From the IMG/VR virus record IMGVR_UViG_3300040801_003693, positions 71,939-135,938 of that record: a DNA stretch of 64,000 nucleotides; one strand, given 5' to 3'. The notes below the pieces were generated by a model. It made no database searches and was not told where the DNA came from. It saw only the letters and a list, made by a program, of their open reading frames with translations. Source of the DNA: a virus. The position numbers and the translations under genes were made by a program. Position 1 is the first letter of the stretch; each line of letters opens with the position of its first letter. Below, piece by piece: positions 29,264-38,498 of the stretch.

Positions 29264-30379
29264 TTATGTAATTAAAGATATTTCATAACCATCCCAGTGA
29301 ATCAAATTCTTCTCAACCAATTTCTCTAGAACAACATTCATTTCCATGAACGTTCTAAAGAAATTTCTTATTTCAGAAGCAATTGAAGTATCGAGAATAG
29401 TTTCTCCCTTCTCTTTTATATAATGTAAAATAGTTTGTTCCTTTTCAGTTATAATCAATGGTTTGTTATTAGATTCGATACATATTTCACTTTGTTCTTC
29501 ATTGTAATCTTCTGCAAATAATTCTATCCCCTCCGGAGAGAAAAGTTCTTTAGAAAGACTCAATGACATTTCTAATTGTTCAATATGCTGTTCTTTTTGC
29601 AATAGCTGTAGCTGCAAGTCTTTTCTTGCCTGTTCTATAATTTCCTTTTCCTCAACTGCATCTAGAAGCTCTTGGAAGAACAATACGGGCGGTACTTTTC
29701 TTTCATTGAGTCTAGACTGTAATTGCATTGCAGTGTCTTCACAGGGGATAGTTATATGCATCTCCCGGTGCCCCCAAGCATTACGGGTGATTTGAATAGC
29801 TTTTTTATATAAAGGTTTTTCTGTCTGTGAAGGTTCTATTTCTGCTTCTGGTTCAGGTTCAAGTTCTACTTCTGGTTCGGGTTCAGGAGGTGATACTGAT
29901 ATTGGCTCAGGTTCAACAATAGATTGTTCTTGCGGAGCTTCTAAAGAAAGTCTTTTCTGTTCTTTCGCTTCTGCTGCCCGCCGCTTCTTATCTTTATCTA
30001 TTTGTCTCATCCAAACAGCAACTTTGTCCATCCCTAAATTCGTAGTTAAAAGCTTCTCTCTAATACATAAGTATTTCTCCTTGTGAAGATTTAGGATTAT
30101 GAACAAATTTAAATTTTTAAGATTTTCTATGGGAATATGTACCCAAGTACCAAAGTGTTTAACTATTGTCCCTAGTCCTTTGGTTGTAAATCCATTCAAA
30201 GCAGCGTATTCTTTTATCTTCTCTTTGTCATAGGTCGTAAAGGCGAGTACATGATTTTCTAGTAACGAAATCAATAATCCTATAATCTGCTTTAGAATAA
30301 TTTCATTATGCTCAGTAAGCCTTTGAACACAATTTTTGTCTTCGGGGTTGAAATGTGCGGGAGAAGTTGTTATAGTCAT
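29264..30379 (-). CDS. Hypothetical protein with Pro/Glu linker and coiled coil
   Basis: Long ORF; likely start MTITT at 30379. Confidence 0.6.
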   Translation of the reverse strand: MTITTSPAHFNPEDKNCVQRLTEHNEIILKQIIGLLISLLENHVLAFTTYDKEKIKEYAALNGFTTKGLGTIVKHFGTWVHIPIENLKNLNLFIILNLHKEKYLCIREKLLTTNLGMDKVAVWMRQIDKDKKRRAAEAKEQKRLSLEAPQEQSIVEPEPISVSPPEPEPEVELEPEPEAEIEPSQTEKPLYKKAIQITRNAWGHREMHITIPCEDTAMQLQSRLNERKVPPVLFFQELLDAVEEKEIIEQARKDLQLQLLQKEQHIEQLEMSLSLSKELFSPEGIELFAEDYNEEQSEICIESNNKPLIITEKEQTILHYIKEKGETILDTSIASEIRNFFRTFMEMNVVLEKLVEKNLIHWDGYEISLIT

Positions 30380-30411
30380 AACTAATTTAATATTATCAAC
30401 ATTAAATTTAC

Positions 30412-30448
30412 AAAGGTTAGAGGTCTTCAATACCTCTAACCTTTTTTT
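30412..30448. terminator. Terminator-like hairpin
   Basis: AAAGGTTAGAGGT-loop-ACCTCTAACCTTT plus T run. Confidence 0.5.
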
Positions 30449-30604
30449 ATTTATGCACGACGACTAACTGTATGTCAAACTACATCCGGATAAAATACAT
30501 TGAAATTAGTTATAGCAGTAGGAGCTACTTATAATCAATACTAATCCATTTAGTTATATTTTGCTTGTAGAATAATTTTGAGTTGTACATATACAGGTAT
30601 AGAC

Positions 30605-31147
30605 ATGAAGGGAATACTTAAAGAGATAAAAAAATTAGGATCTCAAGGAAAACATAAGGAAGAAGAATTAATAAAAAGGTATATAGATAATATTAAAGAG
30701 GAATCAGAAGAAATATATATACAAAGTTTTAATAGTATTTATGATAATTATCTTGAAGAAGTTGATAATAGTTATAAATATTATATTAAAAATTTAAATT
30801 CTATTGTAGAAACTGAGCGATACAAAGAAATAGATAATAAAAGAAAATCTTGTCTTAAAGATATTATTTTGCAAACAGCCGATGCATATGATCTAAGTCC
30901 ATCTTCTATTATCTGTGGAGAATTAATAGAAAGATATATAATAATAAAACCCAACTCAGATGAAAACGTTGAAGAAAATTCTAAAGAAATAGCATTGAAA
31001 TTAATATGTAAACATCTTGACTACATAAAAAATAGTACTGATGAATCTATTTGTAAACTATTAGAGGAGTATCGTACTCGTCTTTTGGAAATAGTTAAAC
31101 ATACTCAAAAAGTAGTTAAAGAAATGAATGCTAATAAAACTAAATAA
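30605..31147 (+). CDS. Hypothetical helical protein
   Basis: ORF, ATG at 30605. Confidence 0.5.
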   Translation: MKGILKEIKKLGSQGKHKEEELIKRYIDNIKEESEEIYIQSFNSIYDNYLEEVDNSYKYYIKNLNSIVETERYKEIDNKRKSCLKDIILQTADAYDLSPSSIICGELIERYIIIKPNSDENVEENSKEIALKLICKHLDYIKNSTDESICKLLEEYRTRLLEIVKHTQKVVKEMNANKTK

Positions 31148-31922
31148 TATAAGCTCTATTTACAATTTCATATATTCTTTTCTGGTACCAAGAAGGCATA
31201 GTCCACTTCTTGTTAAAAACAATATTGTACTTAGAATTGTATCTTCTTAAATTACAATCTTTAAAATGCTTAACTAATATATCTCTTCTTCTGTCGTACC
31301 TCTTTTCTATGTTACTTCCTTTGCTCCTGGGACAGGGATAATAGCCTACATATTTATTCAAACAGTAGTCAGAAAGTAAACTGCATAAAGCTATTTTACT
31401 TAAGTTATGATTTCTAAACAAAGGGACTATCTTAACTTCATCTATATAATAAATCTCTTCAGGTACAGCGCCCTTTTTGTTTAGAGTAGTTTCTATATAG
31501 TGGTTATAGAAATTTCCATTCCCTTCTCCACGCGCACAACCATCTATAGTCCAAAAGGCTCTCTCTAAATCAGAGAGCTTTAAGATTAAAGGTACATTAA
31601 ATTTAATTAAACTTATTTCTCCAACTTTAATTTCTTCACCATGTAAATATTCATAGCATGATTGTTGATTTATTATTGCTTCAGAATCATCTTCATCTAT
31701 TACAAGAGATAATATATTGAATGCTTCTGATTGATCTTTATCAAGGATATTAACTAGCCCTTCTTTGTTTTGTTCAACGTATATATATTCGTATAAGTCT
31801 AAAGCGTTAATCTTTACATCAAAATATATTGGGACTAAGAATTTACCAATCTCTTCTTTTACGTAAGATGTGGAAGACTCTAATGTTAACGAATCAAATT
31901 TGTATATATCCTTTGACTTCAT
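31140..31922 (-). CDS. GNAT-fold-like hypothetical protein
   Basis: IYYIDEVKIVPLFRNHNLS resembles acetyltransferase motif A. Confidence 0.4.
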   Translation of the reverse strand: MKSKDIYKFDSLTLESSTSYVKEEIGKFLVPIYFDVKINALDLYEYIYVEQNKEGLVNILDKDQSEAFNILSLVIDEDDSEAIINQQSCYEYLHGEEIKVGEISLIKFNVPLILKLSDLERAFWTIDGCARGEGNGNFYNHYIETTLNKKGAVPEEIYYIDEVKIVPLFRNHNLSKIALCSLLSDYCLNKYVGYYPCPRSKGSNIEKRYDRRRDILVKHFKDCNLRRYNSKYNIVFNKKWTMPSWYQKRIYEIVNRAYII

Positions 31923-32686
31923 GATTCTGTTGTAGTAACTGCAACTTTATCTTTCACCGCGTCTTTCTCTTTGTTAGTAATTACTTTCTTTTTCTTCTTG
32001 TTTGGATTCTTCTTCTTAGTTTTAAACTTTATAAACCGAGGTATCTCCTCAGTAGGTATTCCAATTAAGCTATCAAATCCAAAAGCATCTTTACTTGGCA
32101 GGAATCTAGCTTTAATTTTTACAAAATAAAGTTTACCTTGTTCTTCCCTTTTCACTTTTGGATTAAATCTAAAAGGATTTACTATTGCATCCTTCCAGAA
32201 TAAAGGTACATGGCTAGCTTTTGCTAATTTTCTTTTACCTTCTACTTCTAGCTCTTTAAAATAATCTACTCTTTCTTTTGAAAAGTTTTTATGGATGGTA
32301 ACTACAGGAGTTTTGCAGCAAGGAATAAACTGCCACTTGCCAGTTAAAACAAACATATTGTCTTCCAGTTGACTCGTTACCCCATTTGAAGTCTCATTAC
32401 TAAAGCCGACTAATTGAAATGCCAAAAAATAGGGTTTATTTCTATCGGGGAAATGGATTACTTTTGGGTATACTATTAATCTTAATTCTTCCCTAGGATT
32501 ATTTTTCATCTCTAACTTCAACGCTAAAAAACTTTTGTAGTTTCTTTTGCTATAGAATACTCTGTATTTCTTTTCTTCCCCCTTGTCTTTAATTTCTATA
32601 TATAACTCCTCCTTCTCTTCAGTTTTCTCCAAAGAAACTTTTCCACGAATTACTCCAATAGCCTGATATATATTTTCTTCTGTCAT
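31919..32686 (-). CDS. Basic hypothetical protein
   Basis: YQAIGVIRG, LIVYP, GKWQFIP motifs; Lys-rich tail. Confidence 0.6.
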   Translation of the reverse strand: MTEENIYQAIGVIRGKVSLEKTEEKEELYIEIKDKGEEKKYRVFYSKRNYKSFLALKLEMKNNPREELRLIVYPKVIHFPDRNKPYFLAFQLVGFSNETSNGVTSQLEDNMFVLTGKWQFIPCCKTPVVTIHKNFSKERVDYFKELEVEGKRKLAKASHVPLFWKDAIVNPFRFNPKVKREEQGKLYFVKIKARFLPSKDAFGFDSLIGIPTEEIPRFIKFKTKKKNPNKKKKKVITNKEKDAVKDKVAVTTTES

Positions 32687-32832
32687 TTTTAATAATTAAA
32701 ATAAACTACTTTGCGTTACTTAATTTAAATTTTTACCTTGAAATGCTAGAGTTATATTTCTGCCGCAACAAGCATCTATAGCGTTGGTTTTAACAGCAGC
32801 ATATTTTTTTACCTGCAAGGACAGACTAATCG

Positions 32833-33204
32833 ATGAAATTCATTATATCCTTTTTATGTATGGCTAGTGTTACGGTTAGTCCTTTTAATTTTGTAAAGAA
32901 CAATAAAGCAATACCATTGGCGATCGCAGCACCTGTAGTTTGTGCTAAGTACTGCGTGTTAATTGGAACAGCAATTCTGGGTGGAAGCACTACTGTATAT
33001 ATATGGCATAACAAAAAGACAAACCAAAGATATATCAGTACTAATAATGGTAATATTATTGAGAGTAAAGGTGTGTATGCTAAAGATTTAGAGGAGGCTA
33101 CCAAAAGGTGCTTAAAAATAAAACCCAGAAATAAGAAATTGAAGAATGTTGTCAAAAGAAAAGATGTAAGTGGTGGATTTTACTATGAATGTGAATATAG
33201 ATAA
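32833..33204 (+). CDS. Secreted/membrane small Cys-containing protein, paralog 4
   Basis: AIPLAIAAPVVCAKYCVLIGTAILGG...YIWHN; C-terminus EATKRCLKIKP...GFYYEC. Confidence 0.75.
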   Translation: MKFIISFLCMASVTVSPFNFVKNNKAIPLAIAAPVVCAKYCVLIGTAILGGSTTVYIWHNKKTNQRYISTNNGNIIESKGVYAKDLEEATKRCLKIKPRNKKLKNVVKRKDVSGGFYYECEYR

Positions 33205-33538
33205 GATAGCAGTTGAATGGGGCAAAAACATTCCAGATTATATTTCATTTAATTTGCCCAGTCCCAAATCTTTTGATGCTGACTTAGAAGCAGGAGGTTG
33301 GGGATGGTTAGATAAACAAGAAATATATATCCCGGACGAAAAAGTATTTGAAGCTGGTTTTGCAAATATTCTATTATGTGAATGGGAAATAGTTCAAACT
33401 TATATTCTTGAAGGGGGAGATTCTTGTTACAAGAAAGTAATTTTAAATTATTACAAACCCTTGCATCCAGAATATTACGAACAGAAATGGAACAAGTTTA
33501 AAGAAACGCTCTGTAATACTTTTGAATCTACACAATAA
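33185..33538 (+). CDS. Partner (candidate immunity) protein type A
   Basis: Overlaps the end of paralog 4; homologous to 1..189. Confidence 0.65.
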   Translation: MNVNIDKIAVEWGKNIPDYISFNLPSPKSFDADLEAGGWGWLDKQEIYIPDEKVFEAGFANILLCEWEIVQTYILEGGDSCYKKVILNYYKPLHPEYYEQKWNKFKETLCNTFESTQ

Positions 33539-33567
33539 ATAAATAATCATTACATTATTACCCTCCT

Positions 33568-33609
33568 GCGAAGTTTGCGACGGGGAGTACTCCCTGTCGC
33601 AAACTTCGC
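33568..33609. repeat. 42-bp near-perfect palindrome (REP-like)
   Basis: GCGAAGTTTGCGACGGGGAGT/ACTCCCTGTCGCAAACTTCGC, one mismatch. Confidence 0.8.
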
Positions 33610-33705
33610 GTTTGTTGTACATTTGTGCTGCAACCATTTCTGCAATACATTTTAAATTTTGTTATAGAATATATGTATAATTTAGTTCAGGCATGAATGT
33701 AAAAA

Positions 33706-34110
33706 ATGAGTTCAATACAGTTAGAATCAAAAATAGTTGAATACTTAACGGCAGCACCTTTTCAATTAATTATTCAAGTTAACAGGTTGGGGATAGATGT
33801 TTTAGAAACCAATTCTTTAGATGTAGAAGACAATAAGATGTCAGATATTTGTAAGTTCTACCTCAAGCAAAATTTGAAAAGTGGAAAATATATTTATGGA
33901 GAATATTTTTATAATCCTAAAAATATATTTCCTTACCTGATAATTATTAGTAAGAAAGTTTTGTTAAGTAATAAAGAGTTTTATTATTTTAATAACGAAT
34001 TTTTATCTAGAGTCGCTGTTACTTTAGATAACAACAAACAAATTGTTAAAACAGAAACTTACAAAAAAGCAGGTAGTTCAGTAACTATCAACTTTGTTGA
34101 AATTAAATGA
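33706..34110 (+). CDS. Orphan partner protein type B
   Basis: Homologous over its length to 1345..1731 but with no cognate Cys protein directly upstream. Confidence 0.7.
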   Translation: MSSIQLESKIVEYLTAAPFQLIIQVNRLGIDVLETNSLDVEDNKMSDICKFYLKQNLKSGKYIYGEYFYNPKNIFPYLIIISKKVLLSNKEFYYFNNEFLSRVAVTLDNNKQIVKTETYKKAGSSVTINFVEIK

Positions 34111-34157
34111 ACCAAATAATCCATCTAAAATCTAATATCTCCGAGGGGAAGTCCTCT

Positions 34158-34487
34158 TTATGAGATAAATTGAGATAAATAATGATCATAACTATTTCCA
34201 AACAAATAGTTTTGGAATTCATATCTACTAATGCTTGGTACTTCTTTATAGAGTTCAGTTACTTCTATAGCATTTAACCAAGTAGGATTATAGATTAATT
34301 CAGATTTATATCTGTCGTAAGTAATTCTAGTCAAACCAGAGATTTTATCTGGAAGTCCTTTAAACTTGACTTTATTCTTTTCAAGAAAATCTCTAACGTT
34401 AGATGTTTGGAGTATAGTGGCATGGTTGTAGAATAACCATTGTTCTTTTACTTTTAATTCTACACAGCAAACAATATCTAATCCCAT
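34158..34487 (-). CDS. Hypothetical phage protein
   Basis: MGLDI start, GLPD motif. Confidence 0.55.
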   Translation of the reverse strand: MGLDIVCCVELKVKEQWLFYNHATILQTSNVRDFLEKNKVKFKGLPDKISGLTRITYDRYKSELIYNPTWLNAIEVTELYKEVPSISRYEFQNYLFGNSYDHYLSQFIS

Positions 34488-34539
34488 TTTTCAATCTTTT
34501 TCTGAATTTATATTAATACTATCTTAACTATTTAACTAA

Positions 34540-36072
34540 ATGAACATTATAAATAATTCTAATGACAAATATTTATGGGGGCATGGGTATGAGACATATC
34601 AATCGGAGAATAAATTAAAAGAAGCAAGAGTAATAAATGTAGGTTATAGAAATCATTTATTGCTTTCTTACGATGTGGTTCTATTAGATACTGGAATTGA
34701 AGTACCGGGATGTAGAGTAGCATTAGGTAGTGGTGGGTTTAACGGTAACGGAGAAGCTATAACTTTAGAAGAAGGTACACCTGTACTTGTTTCTTTTAAA
34801 GATGGAATGATGCAGGATGGTTATATAGTAGGGACTTTCAATACTCCTGGAATTTATAAAGAGATATTAGAGCAAGGCAATTTACAAAAGCCTGGAGAAT
34901 TAGCAGAAGATTCTGAATTCAATCAGCCGAGCGGGCATCCTAATCGGATTACTCAGATTGATGCTTTATTCAAATCAATGGGAAGCAAAATATTAAATAC
35001 TGCTTATGATTCTCCAGAGTACCATTCAGAAAAAGAGAATATTTCTGCTTCTAGAGGAGTTCCGGGTTCTATTGAAATTCGTAATTCCCTTGGGGATATA
35101 GTTCAGTATTCTACTGGAGCTTCTGTTACTTATTCCGATGGCAACATTATCCAGGTTGCTGGAGGCGATCGCGAAGAGAAAACTACTAAATTATTACGTA
35201 TAGCGGCGATGCATGAAAAGCGTGCGGAGTTAATGGAGAAAAAGAATGGCATTGAGCCAGATACAAATCCGGTTGTAGGAGAGGATGGAATTAGACCAAT
35301 ATTCAAAAACGTTTCAGAGAATAATCCTTTTGTTCTTACTGCTAGTTACCGCGCTCAGGAAGAAAGGAAATTAGCAAAGCTTTATAGAGAAGCTGCAAAA
35401 CATCAGTCTCAACAAGCTTCTATGCGATTATCACAAGCGAATTCAATGCAACAGCAGTTTAGTTCGGAAATTAATCCTACTCCTACTAACGGAACGGCAG
35501 TACCTGCTAATTACAAACCTAAAATTTCCAAGGTTCCTCCTGCTAAAAATAACTATGGCAACCGCAGACCTACTCCTTATGCTCCTATAGTAGTGCTTCA
35601 TGAAACAGCAGTCTCAGGTCAGAAGACTCTTGAAATTATGAAGAACCCTAAAAGTGAAGTCTCTTATCATGCTATAGTTTTACGTAATGGGGAAGTAATT
35701 AATTTAGCTCCTTCTCAAAACAGAGCTTATGGTGCAGGCAGATCGGAGTTTAAAGGTGAAAAATATTTAAATTCAGTTAATGATTTTGCCTATCAAATAT
35801 CACTAGTATCTCCTGAAGATGGATACTGGGTTCCTAATAAACCTACTATTAGAAAACATAGTGGATATACTGAAGAACAATATCTAAGTTTAGCTTATAT
35901 GGTTGCTAAAACAGGAGTGCCTAATGAAAGAATTACAACTCATGAAGCAGTATTTAGAGACACTAGCACCACTCGTTATGACCCCGTTAGTTTTGACTTT
36001 AATAAGTTTTTTAATTTACTAGCTAAATTTCCTAGAGTAGCAGAGATTGATTTAGGTATTGCTAATAAATAA
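34540..36072 (+). CDS. Baseplate spike-like protein (gpV/gp5 OB fold) fused to N-acetylmuramoyl-L-alanine amidase
   Basis: EEGTPVLVSFKDG...GYIVG OB-fold motif; IVVLHET, VSYH, RAYGAG.S, ITTH, DP amidase_2 motifs. Confidence 0.8.
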   Translation: MNIINNSNDKYLWGHGYETYQSENKLKEARVINVGYRNHLLLSYDVVLLDTGIEVPGCRVALGSGGFNGNGEAITLEEGTPVLVSFKDGMMQDGYIVGTFNTPGIYKEILEQGNLQKPGELAEDSEFNQPSGHPNRITQIDALFKSMGSKILNTAYDSPEYHSEKENISASRGVPGSIEIRNSLGDIVQYSTGASVTYSDGNIIQVAGGDREEKTTKLLRIAAMHEKRAELMEKKNGIEPDTNPVVGEDGIRPIFKNVSENNPFVLTASYRAQEERKLAKLYREAAKHQSQQASMRLSQANSMQQQFSSEINPTPTNGTAVPANYKPKISKVPPAKNNYGNRRPTPYAPIVVLHETAVSGQKTLEIMKNPKSEVSYHAIVLRNGEVINLAPSQNRAYGAGRSEFKGEKYLNSVNDFAYQISLVSPEDGYWVPNKPTIRKHSGYTEEQYLSLAYMVAKTGVPNERITTHEAVFRDTSTTRYDPVSFDFNKFFNLLAKFPRVAEIDLGIANK

Positions 36073-36079
36073 TTATATT

Positions 36080-36310
36080 TTATTGTTTTTTGTTCCCCAT
36101 TTTAGACCTATTATTTTTTCTTCTTAAGATTAATTCTTTTTCAATAATCTCTTTTTGAGTGGGGTCGTTCCAGTCTTCTAGCAGTCTAGATATAGCTACA
36201 TTAACTACGTTAACGGAAGTTGGAACATCTTTTAAATCGACTACTTCTATACTGTTTATGATTGTTTTTATCTGAGAGTAAGTTTCTGTTGATATTCTAA
36301 TTGTATTCAT
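36080..36310 (-). CDS. Small RHH-like DNA-binding protein
   Basis: MNTIRISTETYSQIK...SVNVVNVAI. Confidence 0.45.
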   Translation of the reverse strand: MNTIRISTETYSQIKTIINSIEVVDLKDVPTSVNVVNVAISRLLEDWNDPTQKEIIEKELILRRKNNRSKMGNKKQ

Positions 36311-36455
36311 TTTATATTATTTACTAGTCTTTGAATAACATCTTGAATGCTATAGATTGTTAAAGTTTTCATAACTACTGTTTTTGTTTTAGTTAAAGAG
36401 TTTAAATTAAATATTTATTATATAATAAGTTTAACTAATTAATATTAATAAATAT

Positions 36456-37832
36456 ATGGGAGAACTGTTAGAAAAAGCTTTAGACCACTCAGAGAAGAAA
36501 GGTTATTTTGCTAAACATCCTCCGGGGGAGAAAGATAGAACAAGAGCGGCAGTACAGCAGGTTGCAGCATCAATTGGTCTGCCAGAAGAGTGGGTCGTGA
36601 AGATGGTAATGATAGAAGCAGGAGGGTTTAATTCGTTTAAAGATTCAGGTAGATGTACTGGGATTGTTCAAGTATGTAGGGGTGAATCTACTATGGATGA
36701 TACTGGGTACATAAGAAGAGTGGGAGGTCATGAAACATGGAAAAAATTAGGTCCAGCAAAACAATTATTGGCTTGGGAAAAAGAACATTATGATTATTGG
36801 TTAAAAATAAATAAACATAAACCAGAAAATTTAGGACAGTTTTATTCTGTAAATTTATATCCAGCTTATGTTGGATATTTTGGTAAGAAGTCCAAGGGCA
36901 TTACTTCAAACGATGCTAAAATCCCAGCGGGTAAACAGGCTCATATTCTTTATGATACTTGGGATAATAACAAGCGACGTAAAGGTCCTGGTGGAAAATT
37001 AACTTTTAATTCCATGACTAGGGGATTAAATTACCATGCAGAGAATATGTTAGGGATCAAAAGTACAGATAGTGTTGTTAGTAATTCTCCTACAGGTTCA
37101 TTACCGGGAGACGTAAATAATTTACCCAACATAACTGGAAATGCGAGCGTAGCTAAATCTGCCATTATTAATGCAGAGAATTGTCCTCCTCCACCTTTTA
37201 CAATTCAAGATAGGATTATATATGCGGGATGTCAACCTAAAATACAGTCAGCAGTTGCTGCGGCGGGAATGTCTTTAGGTAGTGCTGCTCCGGGTATGGC
37301 TAGTGTAAATGGGGAGGCTGGTTCTAGCGGTGGTGCTGCGGTAATTGAAGGAACGATAAACCCAGGTGGGTTTATATATCCTTGTACAGGAACTCTTACT
37401 TCTATGTGGAGACGACAGAAAGGAGCATTTCATGGAGCATGGGATATAGCTAAGCCTCGCAATACTCCTATTTATGCTGTAGCAGATGGAGTAGTAGTTG
37501 CAACTTATAACAAATGCGTTGTGGGTCCTAAAAGATGTGGATTACCCCCCGGCGCAATTAAAGGACAACCTGGATTTGAAGGTTATGGCAATATAGTTTA
37601 CATTGATCACGGAGGTGGATTGTTTACACTCTATGCTCATAATACTTCTGTAATTGCAAATGTTGGGGATAAGGTTAAGCAGGGTCAGAAGATTTCTTTG
37701 ATGGGTGATACAGGACATTCTTATGGTTCCCATCTTCATTTTGAAGTTAGAAGAAATGGGAAGAAGGTAGATCCTCAAACCTTTTTCCCTAAGTTATATT
37801 TTAATTACAAAATTACTAGTTTAAAACCATAA
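36456..37832 (+). CDS. Virion-associated muralytic enzyme: lysozyme-like N-terminus plus M23 peptidase
   Basis: MIEAGG...TGIVQ; HGAWD, YGN.V.IDH, TLYAH, MGDTG.S.GSHLHFEV. Confidence 0.85.
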   Translation: MGELLEKALDHSEKKGYFAKHPPGEKDRTRAAVQQVAASIGLPEEWVVKMVMIEAGGFNSFKDSGRCTGIVQVCRGESTMDDTGYIRRVGGHETWKKLGPAKQLLAWEKEHYDYWLKINKHKPENLGQFYSVNLYPAYVGYFGKKSKGITSNDAKIPAGKQAHILYDTWDNNKRRKGPGGKLTFNSMTRGLNYHAENMLGIKSTDSVVSNSPTGSLPGDVNNLPNITGNASVAKSAIINAENCPPPPFTIQDRIIYAGCQPKIQSAVAAAGMSLGSAAPGMASVNGEAGSSGGAAVIEGTINPGGFIYPCTGTLTSMWRRQKGAFHGAWDIAKPRNTPIYAVADGVVVATYNKCVVGPKRCGLPPGAIKGQPGFEGYGNIVYIDHGGGLFTLYAHNTSVIANVGDKVKQGQKISLMGDTGHSYGSHLHFEVRRNGKKVDPQTFFPKLYFNYKITSLKP

Positions 37833-37835
37833 ACA

Positions 37836-38498
37836 ATGACTGCAATATTAAGAAATAAGAATAAGAATTCTAAGTCTTTAATTAAATCTGCATTATGTCA
37901 CAGTGATGCCAGTCTTAATGAGTCTGTTTTGTTTAGCTATTTATTATCAAATAGTATCACCGCAGTTAAAGATAATCAGCTAATTAATATTTTTGACTAC
38001 AGAAGTTCTGCTTGTTTATTAATTAACTTTACTTTCGATCTGCAAGCTATACTTGCATACATTATATATAAAGAAGAATCTTTTATTTATCAAGCTAAAG
38101 TTGATTCTAATTACTATACTAAAGTTAATAATTACATATTAAAACCAGATGAAATTATTAAAATTAATTATAGAATATTAAATGTTAATCCTTCAGCTTT
38201 TATTGAAGAGATATTTGAAACTGTATCTTTCTCCTCGGAGGTAAGGAAATACTTTAATGTTAATTTAGATATGGGTTTAATTGAAGCTGACATTCCAATT
38301 AGAGAGAAGATGGAATATGCTTTTGATTTATGTAAATTTAAGAATAAAGAGTTTAGAGAACTATTTTTAAATATAACCAGCGTTAACAATAGGTATGCAG
38401 CAGCTAGGGTGTTAGTAGAATACTTTGGTTACAAGCAACAGACAATTGATATTATTTTAGGAGAAGTAGAGAAATGGGTAGCGAACAGTTTTATTTAG
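37836..38498 (+). CDS. Hypothetical protein (tail/baseplate operon)
   Basis: ORF in operon. Confidence 0.5.
   Translation: MTAILRNKNKNSKSLIKSALCHSDASLNESVLFSYLLSNSITAVKDNQLINIFDYRSSACLLINFTFDLQAILAYIIYKEESFIYQAKVDSNYYTKVNNYILKPDEIIKINYRILNVNPSAFIEEIFETVSFSSEVRKYFNVNLDMGLIEADIPIREKMEYAFDLCKFKNKEFRELFLNITSVNNRYAAARVLVEYFGYKQQTIDIILGEVEKWVANSFI

Noticed and set aside
6660-36450. TAATTAATA upstream of several structural genes (about 6664, 12818, 17582, 36436) as a late promoter
   Set aside because: Several copies are expected by chance at about 70% AT; cannot be supported without TSS data
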